Shown here: piece by piece, positions 1 through 11,000 of the stretch
How positions within the stretch are numbered: position 1 is the stretch's first letter
Layout: every line of letters starts with the position of its first letter
DNA from: Candidatus Eiseniibacteriota bacterium
Lineage (GTDB): Bacteria > Eisenbacteria > RBG-16-71-46
Reading direction: 5' to 3'
Assembly: GCA_041483195.1 (NCBI GenBank)
Contig: JBGPFC010000025.1
Span: 1 to 61,991 of the forward strand
Length of the DNA: 61,991 nucleotides
The notes under the pieces: model-generated
The model's input: the letters and a program-made list of their open reading frames with translations, nothing else
Databases searched by the model: none
What the model was told of the DNA's origin: nothing
Program-made: the position numbers and the translations under genes

Positions 1-281
1 TCGCCGCTCACCGTTCGTCGCGTCGCGATACTCCTCACCACTGCGAAGCTCCTCGGAGTACCTTCTCGATCGCGTCGGTCACCGCGATCTCGTCCCCAGA
101 CCCTGACGACGTCGCGTTCATGAATAGGTCGGGCTAGAGGCCGGGCCGGCGATCGCCGGTCCGCGATTTCCACAGGATGCACGCACCGCGAGGATTGAAG
201 TATCATTGTGCGCCATCTCCCGACGGGAATGGAAGGCCCGCCCGCGCCCGTCGCCACCACCCTGCCCGGGGAGCCATCGCC

Positions 282-1850
282 TTGAATCGCCAGCTCGCAC
301 TCGCAACCGCGCTCGGCTCGCTGCTCGCGCTCGCGTCTCCGGCCCGCTCCGGCGTGATCGTGCCCACCGGATTCGTCGACGACACGCTGGTCACCGGCCT
401 CAATGAGCCCAACAGCATGGCGTTCCTGCCCGACGGGCGGCTGCTGTTCACCGAGACCCGGACCGGGAAGGTCCGCATGATCGTGAACGGCCACATCGCC
501 GCGAGCGACCCGCTGCTCACGGTGCCCGATCTTCAGGCTCACGGCTACGAGCAGGGGCTGCAGGGCATCGCGGTCGATCCCGGATGGCCGGCGCGACCGT
601 ACATTTACACGTTCTACAACCGCTTCGGCGAATACATCCGGCTGATTCGCTACAAGGGGAGCGGGGATCTCAGCAATCCCAGCGGCGAGACCCTGAGCTT
701 CCACGACTCGCTGATCATCATGAACTCCCTGCCCGACAACAACCCCAACCACAACTCGGGCTGCCTGCGATTCGGGCCGGACGGTTACCTGTACGTGAGC
801 CTCGGCGACGACGAGGCCTTCTGCCAGGCGAGCGACTCGACCTCGTTTCACGGGGCGATCCTTCGGCTCGACATGAGCCGGCTGCCGCTCTCCGGCCAGA
901 GCGCGGTGCCGCTCTCGCTCATCACGCCGCCCAGCAATCCGCTCAACACCACCGATCCGGTCGCGAAGCTGGTGTGGGCCTACGGATTTCGAAACCCGTG
1001 GCGCTACCAGATCGATCCGCAGACGGGCGCGATTTACAACGCGGACGTCGGCGAGAATATCATGGAGGAAATCGACGAGACCCTGCCCGGCGACTTCGGC
1101 GGATGGCCGTGGCGCGAGGGCACGAGCGTCGTGGTGCGCGCGCAATGCCCGGAGCCGGGCGGCAGCGGCTTCAATTCGTTCAAGCCCCCGATCGTCGCGA
1201 TGGCGCGCGGCCCGGATCCCACGGCGTTCAACTGCGCGGGCATGTATCGCCCGGTGCCCGGCGCCCCGAACAACTGGCCGGCCGCCTACACCGGCACCTT
1301 CGGCGACGTCTTCTACGGCGAGTACTACAGCGGCATGCTGCGGCGGCTGAAGAAAATGGCGGGCGTGTGGAGCCCGGCGGCCGCGGTCGCCGGGCAGCCC
1401 GATCCCGACGACTGGGCGACCGGGCTGGTCTCGGCGACCGACTTTCTCGTGGGGCCCGACGGGAGCCTCTACTGGATCGCGCAGTTCGATCCCAACTTCT
1501 CGCCGGCGAGCGGAACCCTGCAGCGCATCCGCTACACCGGCGACCTGACCGCGGTGACCGACCCGCCGGTCGCGGCGCGCGGGCTCGGCACCGCGCCCAA
1601 TCCCTTCGCGCGCGAGACCATGCTTTCCTTCCGGGTGGCGTCGCGCGAGCCGGTCGGGCTGTTCGTGTACGACCTCGCCGGCCGCCGCGTGCGGCGATTG
1701 TTCGAGGGGGAGGCCGAGGCGGGCGAGCGGCGGCTCGCGTGGGACGGCCGCGACGACGCGGGCGCTCCGGTCGCGCCGGGAGTCTATCTGGTGCGGCTCG
1801 ATCGGGCGCGCCTCGCGCCCCAGTTCGTGCGGCTGGTCCGGCTGCGTTAG
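282..1850 (+). CDS. Secreted PQQ-dependent sugar (glucose/sorbosone) dehydrogenase-family beta-propeller with C-terminal FlgD-Ig-like domain
   Basis: Motifs GLNEPNSMAFLPDGRL, EQGLQGIAVDP, HNSGCLRFGPDGYLYVSLGD, AYGFRNPWR, DVGE..EEID. Signal peptide follows TTG at 282 (GGGGAG RBS upstream). C-terminus APNPF...VYDLAGRRVR...WDGRDDAG...PGVYLVRL. Confidence 0.85.
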   Translation: MNRQLALATALGSLLALASPARSGVIVPTGFVDDTLVTGLNEPNSMAFLPDGRLLFTETRTGKVRMIVNGHIAASDPLLTVPDLQAHGYEQGLQGIAVDPGWPARPYIYTFYNRFGEYIRLIRYKGSGDLSNPSGETLSFHDSLIIMNSLPDNNPNHNSGCLRFGPDGYLYVSLGDDEAFCQASDSTSFHGAILRLDMSRLPLSGQSAVPLSLITPPSNPLNTTDPVAKLVWAYGFRNPWRYQIDPQTGAIYNADVGENIMEEIDETLPGDFGGWPWREGTSVVVRAQCPEPGGSGFNSFKPPIVAMARGPDPTAFNCAGMYRPVPGAPNNWPAAYTGTFGDVFYGEYYSGMLRRLKKMAGVWSPAAAVAGQPDPDDWATGLVSATDFLVGPDGSLYWIAQFDPNFSPASGTLQRIRYTGDLTAVTDPPVAARGLGTAPNPFARETMLSFRVASREPVGLFVYDLAGRRVRRLFEGEAEAGERRLAWDGRDDAGAPVAPGVYLVRLDRARLAPQFVRLVRLR

Positions 1851-1858
1851 CCGCGGCG

Positions 1859-3025
1859 CTAGGTCGCGCGCAACGCCGCGGCCAGCGGCTGGCGCGCCGC
1901 ACGCAGCGCGGGCAGGAAGCCGCCCACCACGCCCATCGCGGCCGAGAACGCGAGGCCCGCGAGCAGCGCGGCGGGCGTCACCTGGAACGCGAACGCCAGC
2001 TCGCTGAACGACTGGAAGTTCGTGGTTCCGGTCGAGATGCCGTTGATCGGCAGCGCGAGCACGCAGCCCAGGGCCCCTCCGATCAGCGACAGGAACACCG
2101 ACTCGATCATGAACGACACCATGATCGACCACGGGCTGAAGCCCAGCACCAGCAGCGTCGCGATCTCGCGCGTGCGCGCGCCCACCGCCGCGTACATGGT
2201 GTTCATCGCGCCGAACACCGCGCCCACCGCCATGATGAGCGTGATGAACACGCCGATGAACTGGATGAGCGACGCGAGCGTCTGCGACTGCTCCGCGTAG
2301 AACGCGCTCTCGAGCTTGGCCTGCACGTGGAGCCGCGGATCGGCCTCCAGCACCTGCTTGATCGCGGCAAAGCGCGACGGGTCTCTCATGCGGAAGGTCA
2401 CGCTCTGGAAGACCTCGCCGCGAAACACCGGCATGAGCACCGCGTTGTCGCCCCACGCCTCGGACTCGAACGACGCGCCGTCCGCGGTGAAGAGTCCGAC
2501 CACCGTGAATTCGCGCTGGCCGAATCGCATGTGGTCGCCGAGGCCGCAGCCGGCGAAGCGGCGCGAGATGCGGAGCCCGACGATCACCTCGTCGGTGCCG
2601 GGCGTGAACATGCGCCCCTCTGCGATCTTCACGCGGTCGCGCAGCCGCATCGCGACGGCATCCACCCCGCGCACCGTGACGTTCGATGAGCCCGGCTGGC
2701 CGAGGCGCTGCTTGGTGATGACCACCACCACCTCGGGACTCACGAGCGGATGCCCGTCCGGGTCCGGGGCGACGTCGGGCAGCGCGCGGATCACGTCGGA
2801 GGCGTCGCGCGAGATGCCGCTCGAGATCTCGCTGTCCGCGCCGGTGCGCAGCACGATGACGTTGTCGGCCGAGCCGGTGCTCACGAGCGCCGCGCGGAAG
2901 CCCGACGCGAGCGCGAGCGCGCCGATGAAGATCGCGACCGTGAGCCCCACGCCCAGCGCGGTGGTGAGAGTCGAGACCGGCCGCTGGATCACGTTGCGCA
3001 CGTTGTAGCTGATCGGGAGCGCCAT
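1859..3025 (-). CDS. ABC transporter permease (MacB/FtsX family)
   Basis: Start MALPISYNVRN; FtsX-type C-terminus GAMNTMYAAVGARTREIATLLVLGFS...GGFLPALRAAR. Confidence 0.9.
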   Translation of the reverse strand: MALPISYNVRNVIQRPVSTLTTALGVGLTVAIFIGALALASGFRAALVSTGSADNVIVLRTGADSEISSGISRDASDVIRALPDVAPDPDGHPLVSPEVVVVITKQRLGQPGSSNVTVRGVDAVAMRLRDRVKIAEGRMFTPGTDEVIVGLRISRRFAGCGLGDHMRFGQREFTVVGLFTADGASFESEAWGDNAVLMPVFRGEVFQSVTFRMRDPSRFAAIKQVLEADPRLHVQAKLESAFYAEQSQTLASLIQFIGVFITLIMAVGAVFGAMNTMYAAVGARTREIATLLVLGFSPWSIMVSFMIESVFLSLIGGALGCVLALPINGISTGTTNFQSFSELAFAFQVTPAALLAGLAFSAAMGVVGGFLPALRAARQPLAAALRAT

Positions 3026-3030
3026 GGCCG

Positions 3031-4227
3031 CTACTCCACCCGCCGCAGGGCGTCCACGATGCGCAATCGCGACGCCTGCCAGGCCGGGATCAGGCCGCTC
3101 ACCGCGCCGATCACGAGCGCGACCGAGATCCCGGTCGCGACCGTGGCCCAGTGGACGGTCATCGGCGGGAACGCCCCGCCCGCGTTGAAGTGGGAGGTGT
3201 CGATCGCGTACTTGGCGAGCAGCGAGCCGGCGACGCCCCCGCCCAGCGTGATCACCGCCGCCTCGGTGACGACGATGCCGAAGATCGTGGAGTCCTCGAA
3301 GCCGAGGGTCTTCATCACGCCCACCTCGGAGGTGCGCTCGCGCACCGCCATCACCATGGTGTTGGCGGCGATCAGCAGGATCGCGAACGCCACGGCCAGC
3401 CCGATCACGCGCAGCACGAACGGGATGTTGCCGTACATGCTCACGAAGCCCGCCGCGAAGGCGCGCTCGGTCTCGGTGTGGGTCGATGCCGCCGAGTTCT
3501 CGAACAGCGCGTCCACCTGCTTCGCGATCTCGGCCGCCTGCTCGGGGTGCGAAAGCTCGAGCTTGTACACGCCCACCGCGCCGCTGCCGCCCATGCCCTT
3601 CTGCTCGAGATACTTGAAGTGGAAGAACATCCCGCTGCCGCCGAACGCCTGGCTGATCGCGCGGTAGGTCGCGCGGATGGTGAACGGCCACGACCCGGGA
3701 TAGATGGTCCCCTGGAGCGTGATGGTCTGCCCGAGCTTCCAGCCCATCTTCTTCATCAGCACTTCGCTCACGACGCACGCGGTCTGCTCGGTCATAAACG
3801 CCGCGAGCTTCGGGTCCATGTCCGCCGGCAGGCTGATCTGCGCCTGAGGCGGGGAGGCCTCTGCGATCTCGATCTCGCTGCGGTACATCGGGAAGAAATT
3901 CTCGGGATCCACGGCGAACTCGAAGAAGAAGTTGTGCGGGTTCGCCGGGTCGAGGCCGCCGAACCAGTTCTGCACGGCGATGCGCCGGATCCCGGGCACG
4001 GCGGCGATGCGCTGCCGGTACGCCTGCGGGATCGGGAACACCAGGCCCATGGCGTTGCGGGTCGCGAGCCGCGACTCGCTCCCGAACTTGATCGCGTCCG
4101 CCAGCGTGTCGAGCACCCCGCCCAGCGCGCAGAACAGGAACAACGCGACCGTCACGCTCATCAGCGTGAGCACGGTGCGCCGCTTGTTGCGGCCCAGGTT
4201 CACCAGCACCAGCGACAAGAGATTCAC
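3031..4227 (-). CDS. ABC transporter permease (MacB/FtsX family)
   Basis: GTG start after GGAGGAG RBS; NLGRNKRRTVLT; ANTMVMAVRERTSEVGVMKTLGF; LIPAWQASRLRIVDALR. Confidence 0.9.
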   Translation of the reverse strand: MNLLSLVLVNLGRNKRRTVLTLMSVTVALFLFCALGGVLDTLADAIKFGSESRLATRNAMGLVFPIPQAYRQRIAAVPGIRRIAVQNWFGGLDPANPHNFFFEFAVDPENFFPMYRSEIEIAEASPPQAQISLPADMDPKLAAFMTEQTACVVSEVLMKKMGWKLGQTITLQGTIYPGSWPFTIRATYRAISQAFGGSGMFFHFKYLEQKGMGGSGAVGVYKLELSHPEQAAEIAKQVDALFENSAASTHTETERAFAAGFVSMYGNIPFVLRVIGLAVAFAILLIAANTMVMAVRERTSEVGVMKTLGFEDSTIFGIVVTEAAVITLGGGVAGSLLAKYAIDTSHFNAGGAFPPMTVHWATVATGISVALVIGAVSGLIPAWQASRLRIVDALRRVE

Positions 4228-4244
4228 GTGTCTCCTCCGCGCGG

Positions 4245-4916
<672 letters not shown>

Positions 4917-4925
4917 GTCGCATCC

Positions 4926-6116
4926 TCACGGGCTGGCGACGCGCACCCGCGCGCCGTTCTTGAGACTCGCGGGCGGATCGAGCACCACGCTCTCGCCCCC
5001 GGTGAGTCCCCTGCGAATTTCCACCTGATGGTCGCCGTGCTCGGGCCCGACCTCGACCGCGCGCGACAATACCCGATCATCCTCGACGATCCACACCCGC
5101 GCCCCCTCGCCGCCGTTCACCACCGCGGCGGCCGGCACCGTCACGCGCCGCGCGGTGGCGGTCACGTTGTGGGTGTCGGCCTCGCGCGCGAACACCACCT
5201 TGGCGCCCATCTCGGGGAGAATGCGGGGGTCGCGATCCAGGATCGAGACCTTCACCTGCACCGTCGCCTTCTGGCGATCCGCGGTGGGCACGACCTGGCG
5301 CACGCGGCCCGCGAACGAGGTGTCCGGGTACGCGTCGAGCGTGATGCGCGAGGGCTGGCCGTTGCGGATCTGCGCGATGTAGGCCTCGTTCACATCCACC
5401 TCGACCTCGAGCGTGCGCAGGTCGGCCATGGTCACGATCGCGGTGCGCGTGAGCCCGCCGCCGGCCGAGGAGGGCGCGACGATCTCGCCGACCTCGGCGT
5501 CCTTGCGCAGCACGGTGCCGTCGAACGGCGCGCGCACCCGCGTGTTCTCGAGATTCACCTCGGCGAGCTTGACCTGCGCCCGCGCGGCGTTGAGCTGGGC
5601 CGCCAGCACCCCGGCCGCGGTCTCGGCGTTCTCGAGCTCGGCGCCGGAATTGAGTCCCTGGCCGCGCAGCGTGCGCGCGCGCTCGAGATCGCGTTTCGCC
5701 TGCGCGAGCTGGGCCTCGAACTGCGCCGCGGTGGCGCGGGCGCTCGCGACCTGCGCCTCGAAGTCGCCGCTCTCGATGCGGGCGATGATCTCGCCCTCGC
5801 GCACGTGCGAGCCCTCGGCCACGCCCAGGTATTCGAGGCGACCGGGGATCTTGGCGGCGACCGAGGCCTTGGTGCGCGCGACCACGTAACCGTTCGCGCT
5901 GATGCCCGCGCTCGAGAGCGATCCGCCGCCGGTCGCGCTCGCGAGCGCGGTCCGCACCGCGGTGACGCGCGGCATGAAGCGGACCGCGGCGTACCCGCCG
6001 GCGAGGATCAGCACCGCGGCGATCCAGACGGCATGGATCGCGCCCCCGCCGCGCGGCGGCGCGGGCGCGTCTCGCTCGATACGGAGGCTCGAGAGGTCGG
6101 GAGGAGAGCTGGTCAT
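4926..6116 (-). CDS. Efflux membrane-fusion/periplasmic adaptor (MacA/HlyD family)
   Basis: N-terminal TM; ANGYVVAR, lipoyl/coiled-coil RAPFDGTV, VEVDVNE, VPTADRQKATV; first gene of the ABC operon. Confidence 0.9.
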   Translation of the reverse strand: MTSSPPDLSSLRIERDAPAPPRGGGAIHAVWIAAVLILAGGYAAVRFMPRVTAVRTALASATGGGSLSSAGISANGYVVARTKASVAAKIPGRLEYLGVAEGSHVREGEIIARIESGDFEAQVASARATAAQFEAQLAQAKRDLERARTLRGQGLNSGAELENAETAAGVLAAQLNAARAQVKLAEVNLENTRVRAPFDGTVLRKDAEVGEIVAPSSAGGGLTRTAIVTMADLRTLEVEVDVNEAYIAQIRNGQPSRITLDAYPDTSFAGRVRQVVPTADRQKATVQVKVSILDRDPRILPEMGAKVVFAREADTHNVTATARRVTVPAAAVVNGGEGARVWIVEDDRVLSRAVEVGPEHGDHQVEIRRGLTGGESVVLDPPASLKNGARVRVASP

Positions 6117-6277
6117 GCGGGTCCCCGTGGGGTGGGTGAGCGCCGGAGACTAGGGGGGCGGCGCGCTCAGGGTCAAGGTTGGGCTTGTGTCTTCAGGAGT
6201 CGGGTCCTAGACTGGCGCGCTTTATCGTGTGGCGCCTGCGAAGAGCCGCGCCGCGCCCGGATCCCCCGGAGGTCGAC

Positions 6278-6517
6278 ATGCCGTTCGTCATTGCCGAGCC
6301 CTGCATCGGTGTGAAGGATAAGTCGTGCGTGGAAGTCTGCCCCGTGAACTGCATTTACGAGGGCGACGACCAGTTCTACATCCACCCCGACGAGTGCATC
6401 GACTGCCAGGCCTGCGAGGCCGCCTGCCCGGTGCAGGCGATCTTCCCGGACAACGGCGTGCCCGAGAAGTGGACTCCCTTCACCGCCAAGAACCGCGAGT
6501 TCTTCGAGAAGAAGTGA
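6278..6517 (+). CDS. 7Fe/4Fe-4S dicluster ferredoxin
   Basis: MPFVIAEPCIGVKDKSCVEVCPVNCI...IHPDECIDCQACEAACP; GGAGG RBS. Confidence 0.95.
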   Translation: MPFVIAEPCIGVKDKSCVEVCPVNCIYEGDDQFYIHPDECIDCQACEAACPVQAIFPDNGVPEKWTPFTAKNREFFEKK

Positions 6518-7080
6518 GCGAGCCGCTGCCCGACCGCGAGCAGGCGCTCGCGCTGCTCCACGAGTGGATCGCGAACCCCAACCTTCGCAAGCACTGCTAC
6601 GCCGTCGAGGCGGCGATGCGCGCCTACGCGCGCAAGCTCGGCGGCGACGAGGCGCGCTGGGGGCTGACCGGCCTGATCCACGACTTCGACTGGGAGAAGC
6701 ACCCCGACCTCGAGCGGCACCCGGTGCAGGGCGTCGAGGTGCTGCGCGCGAAGGGCTGGCCCGATGACGTGTGCCGCGCGGTGCTCGGGCACGCGCCCCA
6801 CACCGGCGTGCCGCGCGACACCGAGATGGCGAAGGCGCTCTACGCGTGCGACGAGCTGAGCGGGTTCCTGGTGGCCTGCGCGCTGGTGACGCCCGAGAAG
6901 AGCCTCGACCGGGTCGAGGTCGCGTCGGTGAAGAAGAAGATGAAGCGTGCCGACTTCGCCCGCAACGTGAGCCGCGACGACATCGTGAACGGCGCGGCCG
7001 AGCTGGGCGTGGATCTCGATGCCCACATCGCGTTCACGCTCGATGCGATGCGCGGCATCCGCGGCGAGCTCGGGCTCTAG
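6514..7080 (+). CDS. HD/HDIG-domain metal-dependent hydrolase
   Basis: GTGA overlap with the ferredoxin stop; LRKH..AVEAAMR, GLIHDFD, H..G, YACDELSG, KKKMK..DFAR.V.RDDI. Confidence 0.88.
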   Translation: MSEPLPDREQALALLHEWIANPNLRKHCYAVEAAMRAYARKLGGDEARWGLTGLIHDFDWEKHPDLERHPVQGVEVLRAKGWPDDVCRAVLGHAPHTGVPRDTEMAKALYACDELSGFLVACALVTPEKSLDRVEVASVKKKMKRADFARNVSRDDIVNGAAELGVDLDAHIAFTLDAMRGIRGELGL

Positions 7081-7093
7081 GGGGGGGCATAGG

Positions 7094-7651
7094 ATGGATG
7101 CGCCGGTCACGTTCGCCGCGTACGTCGAGCGCTGGCACGAGTACTACGTGCTCGCGGGCACCGCGGCCGTCACGCTGATGGGCTTGCTGTTCGTGGCCCT
7201 CTCGCTCCACCTCGACGAGATCGTGCGCGACGAGGGCGCGCATTTCAGCTCGATGGCGATGGGCGCGTTCATCAGCTTCGTCTACGTGCTGCTGATCTCG
7301 CTCATCCTGCTGATGCCGATCGGCGGCGGACGTCCGGTGGGGATGACGATCATCGTGATCGGGCTCATGCGACTCGTCCTGACGCTGCGCGGGAGCGGCG
7401 CGATTCGCCGGGACCCGGGCCCCTCGGTCCGCCGCAGCTACCTGATTTTCCGCTACCTGCTCCCGCTCGCGGCCGTGGCGCTGCTGATCGCGAGCGGCTG
7501 CGGCCTCCTGCTCCGGCAGTTCGAAATGGGAATGGCAGGGCTCTCGACCGCCGTGATCCTGCTGCTCGTCACCGCGACGCGCACCGCGTGGGACCTGATC
7601 GTGCTGATCGGCCGTCACAAGCTCGACCGGGCGGGATCCGCGAAGGGCTGA
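7094..7651 (+). CDS. Integral membrane protein of unknown function
   Basis: About five hydrophobic helices; conserved-looking W..YY...GTAA.TL.GLLFVALS start. Confidence 0.7.
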   Translation: MDAPVTFAAYVERWHEYYVLAGTAAVTLMGLLFVALSLHLDEIVRDEGAHFSSMAMGAFISFVYVLLISLILLMPIGGGRPVGMTIIVIGLMRLVLTLRGSGAIRRDPGPSVRRSYLIFRYLLPLAAVALLIASGCGLLLRQFEMGMAGLSTAVILLLVTATRTAWDLIVLIGRHKLDRAGSAKG

Positions 7652-7684
7652 ACGAGGGCGGTGCGCGGCGCTCAAGACAAAAAA

Positions 7685-7856
7685 GGGCCGGCGCCCGATC
7701 GAGAACCACAATCCGGGGACGTCGTGTCCCGGTGGTACCCCATCCGGCGTCGGCGTGCTTCGCTTCTTCCGACCGGCGGTCCCCCTTAGAGGTTCCGCAC
7801 TCGGCCGCGCCCACCGAGTGAGTGGGCTGAGTTCGCGCCCGGGCCTTGCCGCGCCC
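7685..7856 (-). ncRNA. ssrS: Probable 6S RNA
   Basis: About 172 nt. The ends pair (GGGCGCGGC/GCCGGCCC, GCCCG/CGGGC, GAAC/GTTC). Contains 6S-like words GGGGACC, GGTACCACC and GGTTC, an apical stem CCGGTCGG/CCGACGCCGG and a hairpin in the 3' bulge. Followed by a U-run; TTGACG at 7899-7894 upstream. Confidence 0.55.
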
Positions 7857-8005
7857 GTGACGCTGATACCATTCGACTCCCGGCGGAGCGGGGCGTCAAT
7901 ACAATTCTCGGTCAGGGCGAATGCACGTGCTTGGCAACCCGCGTGCCGCTAGTGTTCCTCATCTCGCATCCGCGATGGGAACTCTGGGGGAGGGGATGAT
8001 GCTCC

Positions 8006-11000
8006 GTGGGAGGTAACGGCGGATTCGACGACGCGCGCGGGGCGAAGAGCCCGCGGCTCTCGGCGCTCGGTCCGTATCGCATCGAGGGCGAGCTGGGTCG
8101 CGGCGGGATGGGCGTGGTGTATCTCGCGCGCGACACGCGACTCGATCGCGCGGTCGCGATCAAGATGCTGCCCGAGTCGCTCGCCCGCGATCCCGAACAG
8201 CTCGCTCGCTTCCAGCGCGAGGCGCGGCTGCTCGCCTCGATCAATCACCCGAACATCGCCACCATCCACGGGCTCGAGCAATCCGAGCGCGGCGACCGGT
8301 TCATCGTGCTCGAGCGTCTCGAGGGCGAGACGCTCGCCGAGCGCCTGCGCCGCGGCGCGCTGCCGCTCGATGAAGCGATCGGCGTCTGCGCGCAGATCGC
8401 CGAGGCGCTGGAGGCCGCCCACGAGCGCGGCGTGATCCACCGCGACCTGAAGCCGGGCAACGTCATGCTCGGCCCGCGCGGACGCGTCAAGGTGCTCGAC
8501 TTCGGCCTCGCGAAGCACATCGCGCGCGCGGTCGCGGGCCAGGAGCCGGCCGACGCATCGCGGCTCACAGAGGCCGGCGTGGTGATCGGCACGCCGGGCT
8601 ACATGAGCCCGGAGCAGGTGCTCGCCCAGCCTCACGACCGGCGCGTGGACATCTTCGCGTTCGGCTGCGTGCTGTACGAGTGCCTCACCGGGCGGCGCGC
8701 GTTCGGCGGGGAGAATCTCGGCGCGGTCACGGCCGCCGTGCTCGCGGGCGATCCCGACTGGAGCGCGCTGCCGGCCGATACCCCCGAGGCGGTGCGCGCG
8801 CTGCTCGCGCGCTGCATGGCGAAGGATCCCGCCGAGCGCCCGGAGGATGCGGCGCAGGCGCTGCGCGAGATGGGGCCGGTGGCCTCATCGGCATCGCTCG
8901 CCACCGCGCGCGCGATCCCGGTCGCGGCCGGGCCGCGTCACAACCTGCCGCGCCAGCTCACGAGCTTCGTCGGCCGCGAGCGCGAGCTCGCGGATTGCGC
9001 GCGGCTGCTCGATCAGGCCCGCCTGCTCACGCTCACGGGCGCCGGGGGGTGCGGCAAGACGCGGCTCGCGCTGCGGATCGCGGAGGCGATGCTCGACGGA
9101 TACCCCGGCGGCGTGTGGTTCGTGGACCTCGCGCCGCTCACCGACGCCTCGCGCGTCGCGCACGCGGTGGCGGCGGCGGTCGGCGTGCGCGAGGAGCCCG
9201 GCAAGTCGCCGGCCGAGACGCTCGCGGCTCACCTTGCTCCGCGCCGCGCGCTGGTGGTGCTCGACAATTGCGAGCACCTGCTCCACGCATGCGCCGATCT
9301 GGTGGCGACGCTGCTCGCGGCCGGGCCGGGGCTGCGCGTGGTCGCGACCAGCCGCGAGGGGCTCGCGGTCGCCGGCGAGCAGGCGTACGCCGTGCCATCG
9401 CTCGCGCTGCCGCCCGCCGGAGCGGCCCCGCCGCTCGACGTCGTCGCGGCGAGCGAATCGGTGCGGTTGTTCGTCGAGCGCGCGCGGCTCCAGCAATCCG
9501 AGTTCGAGATCGGCGCCGAGAACGCTGCGGCGGTCGCCGAGATCTGCCGCCGTCTCGACGGCATTCCGCTCGCGATCGAGCTGGCCGCCGCGCGCGTGAA
9601 GGTGCTCGCGGTCGAGGAGATCCGCGCGAAGCTCGACGACCGCTTCCGGCTGCTCACCGGCGGCAGCAAGACGGCGCTGCCCCGGCACCAGACGCTGCGC
9701 GCCACGATCCAGTGGAGCTACGACCATCTGAGCGCCGAGGAACGCGACCTGCTGCGCGGGCTCGCGGTGTTCGCGGGCGGCTGGACGCTGGCGGCCGCCG
9801 CCGCCGTGTGCGGCGCGGGCCGCGACGAGTTCGAGGTGCTCGATCTGCTCTCGCACCTGGTGGACAAGTCGCTGGTGCTGGTCGCGAGCGGCGCGGACGA
9901 CGGCACTCGCTACCGGTTCCTCGAGACCATGCGCCAGTACGCGCTCGAGAAGCTGGACGACGCGGGCGAGGGCGCGGCGATGCGGTCGCGGCACCTGGAA
10001 CATTTCCTCGCGCTCGCGGAGCGCGCCGAGCCCGCGCTGTGGGGAAGCGAGCAGGGCGCGTGGCTCGCGCGGCTCGAGCTCGAGCACGAGAACCTGCTCG
10101 CGGCGCTCGCGTGGTGCGATCTCGCGGAAGATGGCGCGGATCGCGCGCTGCGACTGGCCGGATCGCTCTGGCGCTTCTGGACCATTCACGGGCACTACCG
10201 GCTCGGACGCCGCGCGCTCGACGCCGCGCTCGCGCGCACGGGGACCGCGTCGCCCGGCCTCGCACACGCCCGCGCGCTCTACGGCGCGGGGTATCTCGCG
10301 CTGTGGCAGGGCGAGTCCGCGGCGGGGCGCGCGCTGTTCGAGCGCAGCCTCGCGATCGCGCGCGCGCTCGATGACAGGCAGGGCGCAGCGCTCTCGCTCA
10401 GCGGGCTGGGCCTCGCCGCCAAGGATCAGGGCGATTACGCGGCGGCGCGCGCGTTCTACGAGGAGAGCCTCGCGCTCTACCGCGAGGTCGGGCAGAAGCG
10501 CGGCGTGGCCGCGGTGCTCAACAACCTGGCCGCGATGGCGTGGGCGCAGGGCGACGCGGCCGCCGCGCGTCCGCTCTACGAGGAAGGCGCCGCGATCGGA
10601 CGCGAGGCGGGCGATCGCGACCTGCTGGTGGTGACGCTCACCGGCGTGGGCTGGGTCGCGACCCGCACCGGTCACACCGCAGAGGCGCGCGAGCGCCTGC
10701 TCGAATGCCTGCGGCTGGTCGGCGAGCTCGGCGCGAAACTGCGCGGGGCCTACGCGATCGAGGCCGCGGGCGCGCTGGCCGCCACGCTCTCGGAACGCGG
10801 GCGCGCGACGCGCCTCTACGGCGCGGCCGAGGCGCTGCGCGAGGTGATCGGCGCGCCGGCGGACACGTCGTGGCGCGAGGCGCAGGCCGCGATCGTTGAC
10901 GAGCTGAAGCGCGCGCTTGGCGCGGAGGGTTTCGCGCGGCGCTGGGCGTCGGGACGCGCGCTGCCGTTCGAGTCGGCGCTCGAGTACGCGATCGAGTGGC

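Noticed and set aside
7685..7856. Riboswitch, tRNA or SRP RNA
   Set aside because: No recognisable aptamer consensus, cloverleaf or SRP loop, and no same-strand downstream gene to regulate.
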